Position numbers and translations under genes: made by a program. 64,000 nucleotides of DNA from Candidatus Eiseniibacteriota bacterium (GTDB lineage Bacteria; Eisenbacteria; RBG-16-71-46): positions 1,152,001 to 1,216,000 of the forward strand of contig OY970342.1 of the NCBI GenBank assembly GCA_963717505.1, written 5' to 3'. The notes beneath the pieces were generated by a model. The model was not told the DNA's origin and searched no databases. It was given only the letters and a program-made list of their open reading frames with translations. Below, one piece after another: positions 62,453 to 64,000 of the stretch (positions are counted from its first letter, which is position 1; every line of letters starts with the position of its first letter).

Positions 62453-63242
62453 CGAGCCCCCCCGCCGCCGCCGTCGGCAGCGACCGCATCGCGAACAGGA
62501 CGACGAACGAAACCACGACCAAAAGGACGGACATCGCGAGGGCTGCGCCCAGATCGGATTGCATCGCCACGTAGACCGCGAGCGGCAGGGTCTGCGTCAC
62601 GCCGGGCAGATTCCCGGCGAACGTGATCGTCGCGCCGAACTCGCCGAGTGCCCGCGCCCAGCTCATCGCCGCCCCGGCGACAAGTGAGGGCATCACCAGC
62701 GGCAGCACTACTCGCGAAAAACGTGTCCATTCCGAAGCGCGTAGCGTCGCCGCGGCTTCGAGGTAGCGTCGATCCACGCTCGCAAACGCGGCGCGCGCCG
62801 ACCCGACGAAGAACGGCGCCGCCATGAACGCCTGCGCGAGGACCACGGCGGCAGTGGTGAACGGCAGCGTGTACCCGAACGCCGCTAGTCCCTGGCCGAC
62901 CATTCCGGCGCGGCCAAACGCCATGAGCAGTGCGAAACCGGCGACGGTCGGCGGCAACACCATCGGCAGGTCGACCAGGACTTCGAGCAACCGTTTGCCC
63001 GGAAAGCGCCGCGTGGCCAATACCCACGCTGCCGGGGTGCCGAGGACGATCACGATGGCGAGCGCCGCCGCGCTGGACGCGAGACTGAGGCGCAGCGCTT
63101 CGACCACCGCGGGGTCGCGCAACCGAACGAACAGGACGCCGGGCTCGACTCGAACGAAGAGAGCGACCACCGGCAGCGCCAGCAGGCCAAGAAGGAGTCC
63201 AAGCCCGGCCGCGGTCGCGACGCGCCAGAGCACCGCGCTCAC
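62418..63242 (-). CDS. modB: Molybdate ABC transporter permease
   Basis: DLPMVLPPTVAG, WARALGEFGATITFAGN, TQTLPLAVY. Confidence 0.93.
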   Translation of the reverse strand: MSAVLWRVATAAGLGLLLGLLALPVVALFVRVEPGVLFVRLRDPAVVEALRLSLASSAAALAIVIVLGTPAAWVLATRRFPGKRLLEVLVDLPMVLPPTVAGFALLMAFGRAGMVGQGLAAFGYTLPFTTAAVVLAQAFMAAPFFVGSARAAFASVDRRYLEAAATLRASEWTRFSRVVLPLVMPSLVAGAAMSWARALGEFGATITFAGNLPGVTQTLPLAVYVAMQSDLGAALAMSVLLVVVSFVVLFAMRSLPTAAAGGLGAPGGRPQTAG

Positions 63243-64000
63243 GGCATGACGGCCGGCAGGAACCCGCGGTCGGCCAGCAGGGACTGGCCTTCGCTGGACA
63301 GCAGAAACGCGATGAAGGCGCGAGCGGCGCGGGGGTTCGGCGACTTCTTCAGCACCGCGATCTGGTAGGTCGCAAGGACATTGCCGGAATCGGGAATCGC
63401 GATCGCCGCCGCGTAGCGTGAGACCGATTCGGTCAGGTCGGACTGGTAGACGATCCCGGCGTCCGCCTCGCGCAGCTGGATCTTGGACACGACCGCCTTC
63501 ACGTCGTCCTCGTTCGAGACGACGTTGGCGAGCACGCGGTCGGCGAAGTCGTCGCCGTATCTGGGCATCGCCGACAACTTGGCCAGCGACTGTCGCGCAT
63601 AGCGCCCGACCGGGACCTCCTCCGCGCCGAGCACGATCTTGACGCCGGGCCGCGCGAGGTCCGAGAGCTTCACGACCGCGTTCTGCACCGAGGCGGGAAT
63701 GATCACCACCAGCCGGTTGTGCGCGAACACCCGCGGCGTATCGACCACGTGCCCGGCCGTGATCACGTGCTGCATCCAGCGTTCGTCGGCGGAAGCGAAG
63801 GCGTCACCGATTGCGCCGTTCTCGATCTGGGCGGCGACCAATTGCGATCCGCCGTAGTTCATGCGGAGTTGAACGTTCCGCTCGCGCATCGGCGCCGAGC
63901 TGGCATCGAACGCTTCGGACAGTGAAGCGGCGGCGAACACGACCACGCGGCCGGTCGGCGGCGGGGCCTTTTCCGGCGTCCCACAGGAAGCGAGGGTAGC
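63239..64000 (-). CDS. modA: Molybdate ABC transporter substrate-binding lipoprotein (5' end outside window)
   Basis: LASC lipobox at the window edge, VFAAASL, GGSQ, FASAD, VPVGRYA, ADAGIVYQSD; frame open to 64000. Confidence 0.92.
   Translation of the reverse strand, partial: ATLASCGTPEKAPPPTGRVVVFAAASLSEAFDASSAPMRERNVQLRMNYGGSQLVAAQIENGAIGDAFASADERWMQHVITAGHVVDTPRVFAHNRLVVIIPASVQNAVVKLSDLARPGVKIVLGAEEVPVGRYARQSLAKLSAMPRYGDDFADRVLANVVSNEDDVKAVVSKIQLREADAGIVYQSDLTESVSRYAAAIAIPDSGNVLATYQIAVLKKSPNPRAARAFIAFLLSSEGQSLLADRGFLPAVMP

Overview
High-GC bacterial chromosomal window from a diderm (many outer-membrane beta-barrel, lipoprotein and secreted proteins). The FlgD/T9SS-like tail and the 'SWGxVKxxYR' tail suggest an FCB-related lineage such as Ca. 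Eisenbacteria; this is inference only. The window spans the replication origin: dnaA-oriC-dnaN-dciA-gyrB-[OMP]-gyrA-rex, with no recF or rpmH nearby. It also holds a full Pho locus (phoBR, a ~700-bp structured spacer with two 11-bp direct-repeat arrays, a phosphate porin, two pstS, pstCAB, phoU), housekeeping and envelope genes, a two-component system, an ECF sigma/anti-sigma/ABC unit, a secreted repeat protein and modABC (modA truncated). The standout is a six-gene, largely translationally coupled operon lying between metG and tatD. It encodes a helical protein, a PspA/ESCRT-III-family protein, a membrane-anchored coiled-coil protein, a classic-clade AAA+ ATPase, a Tat-motif flavin amine oxidase and a PBPb-LysM protein, and is a candidate bacterial ESCRT-III/AAA membrane-remodelling system. 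Other notable items: a candidate Pho-regulated structured RNA, a 51-aa Ser/Thr-kinase remnant coupled to tatD, an apparently catalytically dead glycogen-debranching homologue, a uORF before metG and many leaderless-type promoters. Several genes beyond 48 kb carry single-base frameshifts, most likely sequencing errors. No rRNA, tRNA, CRISPR array or transposase was recognised. All calls come from reading the sequence; no searches were run.
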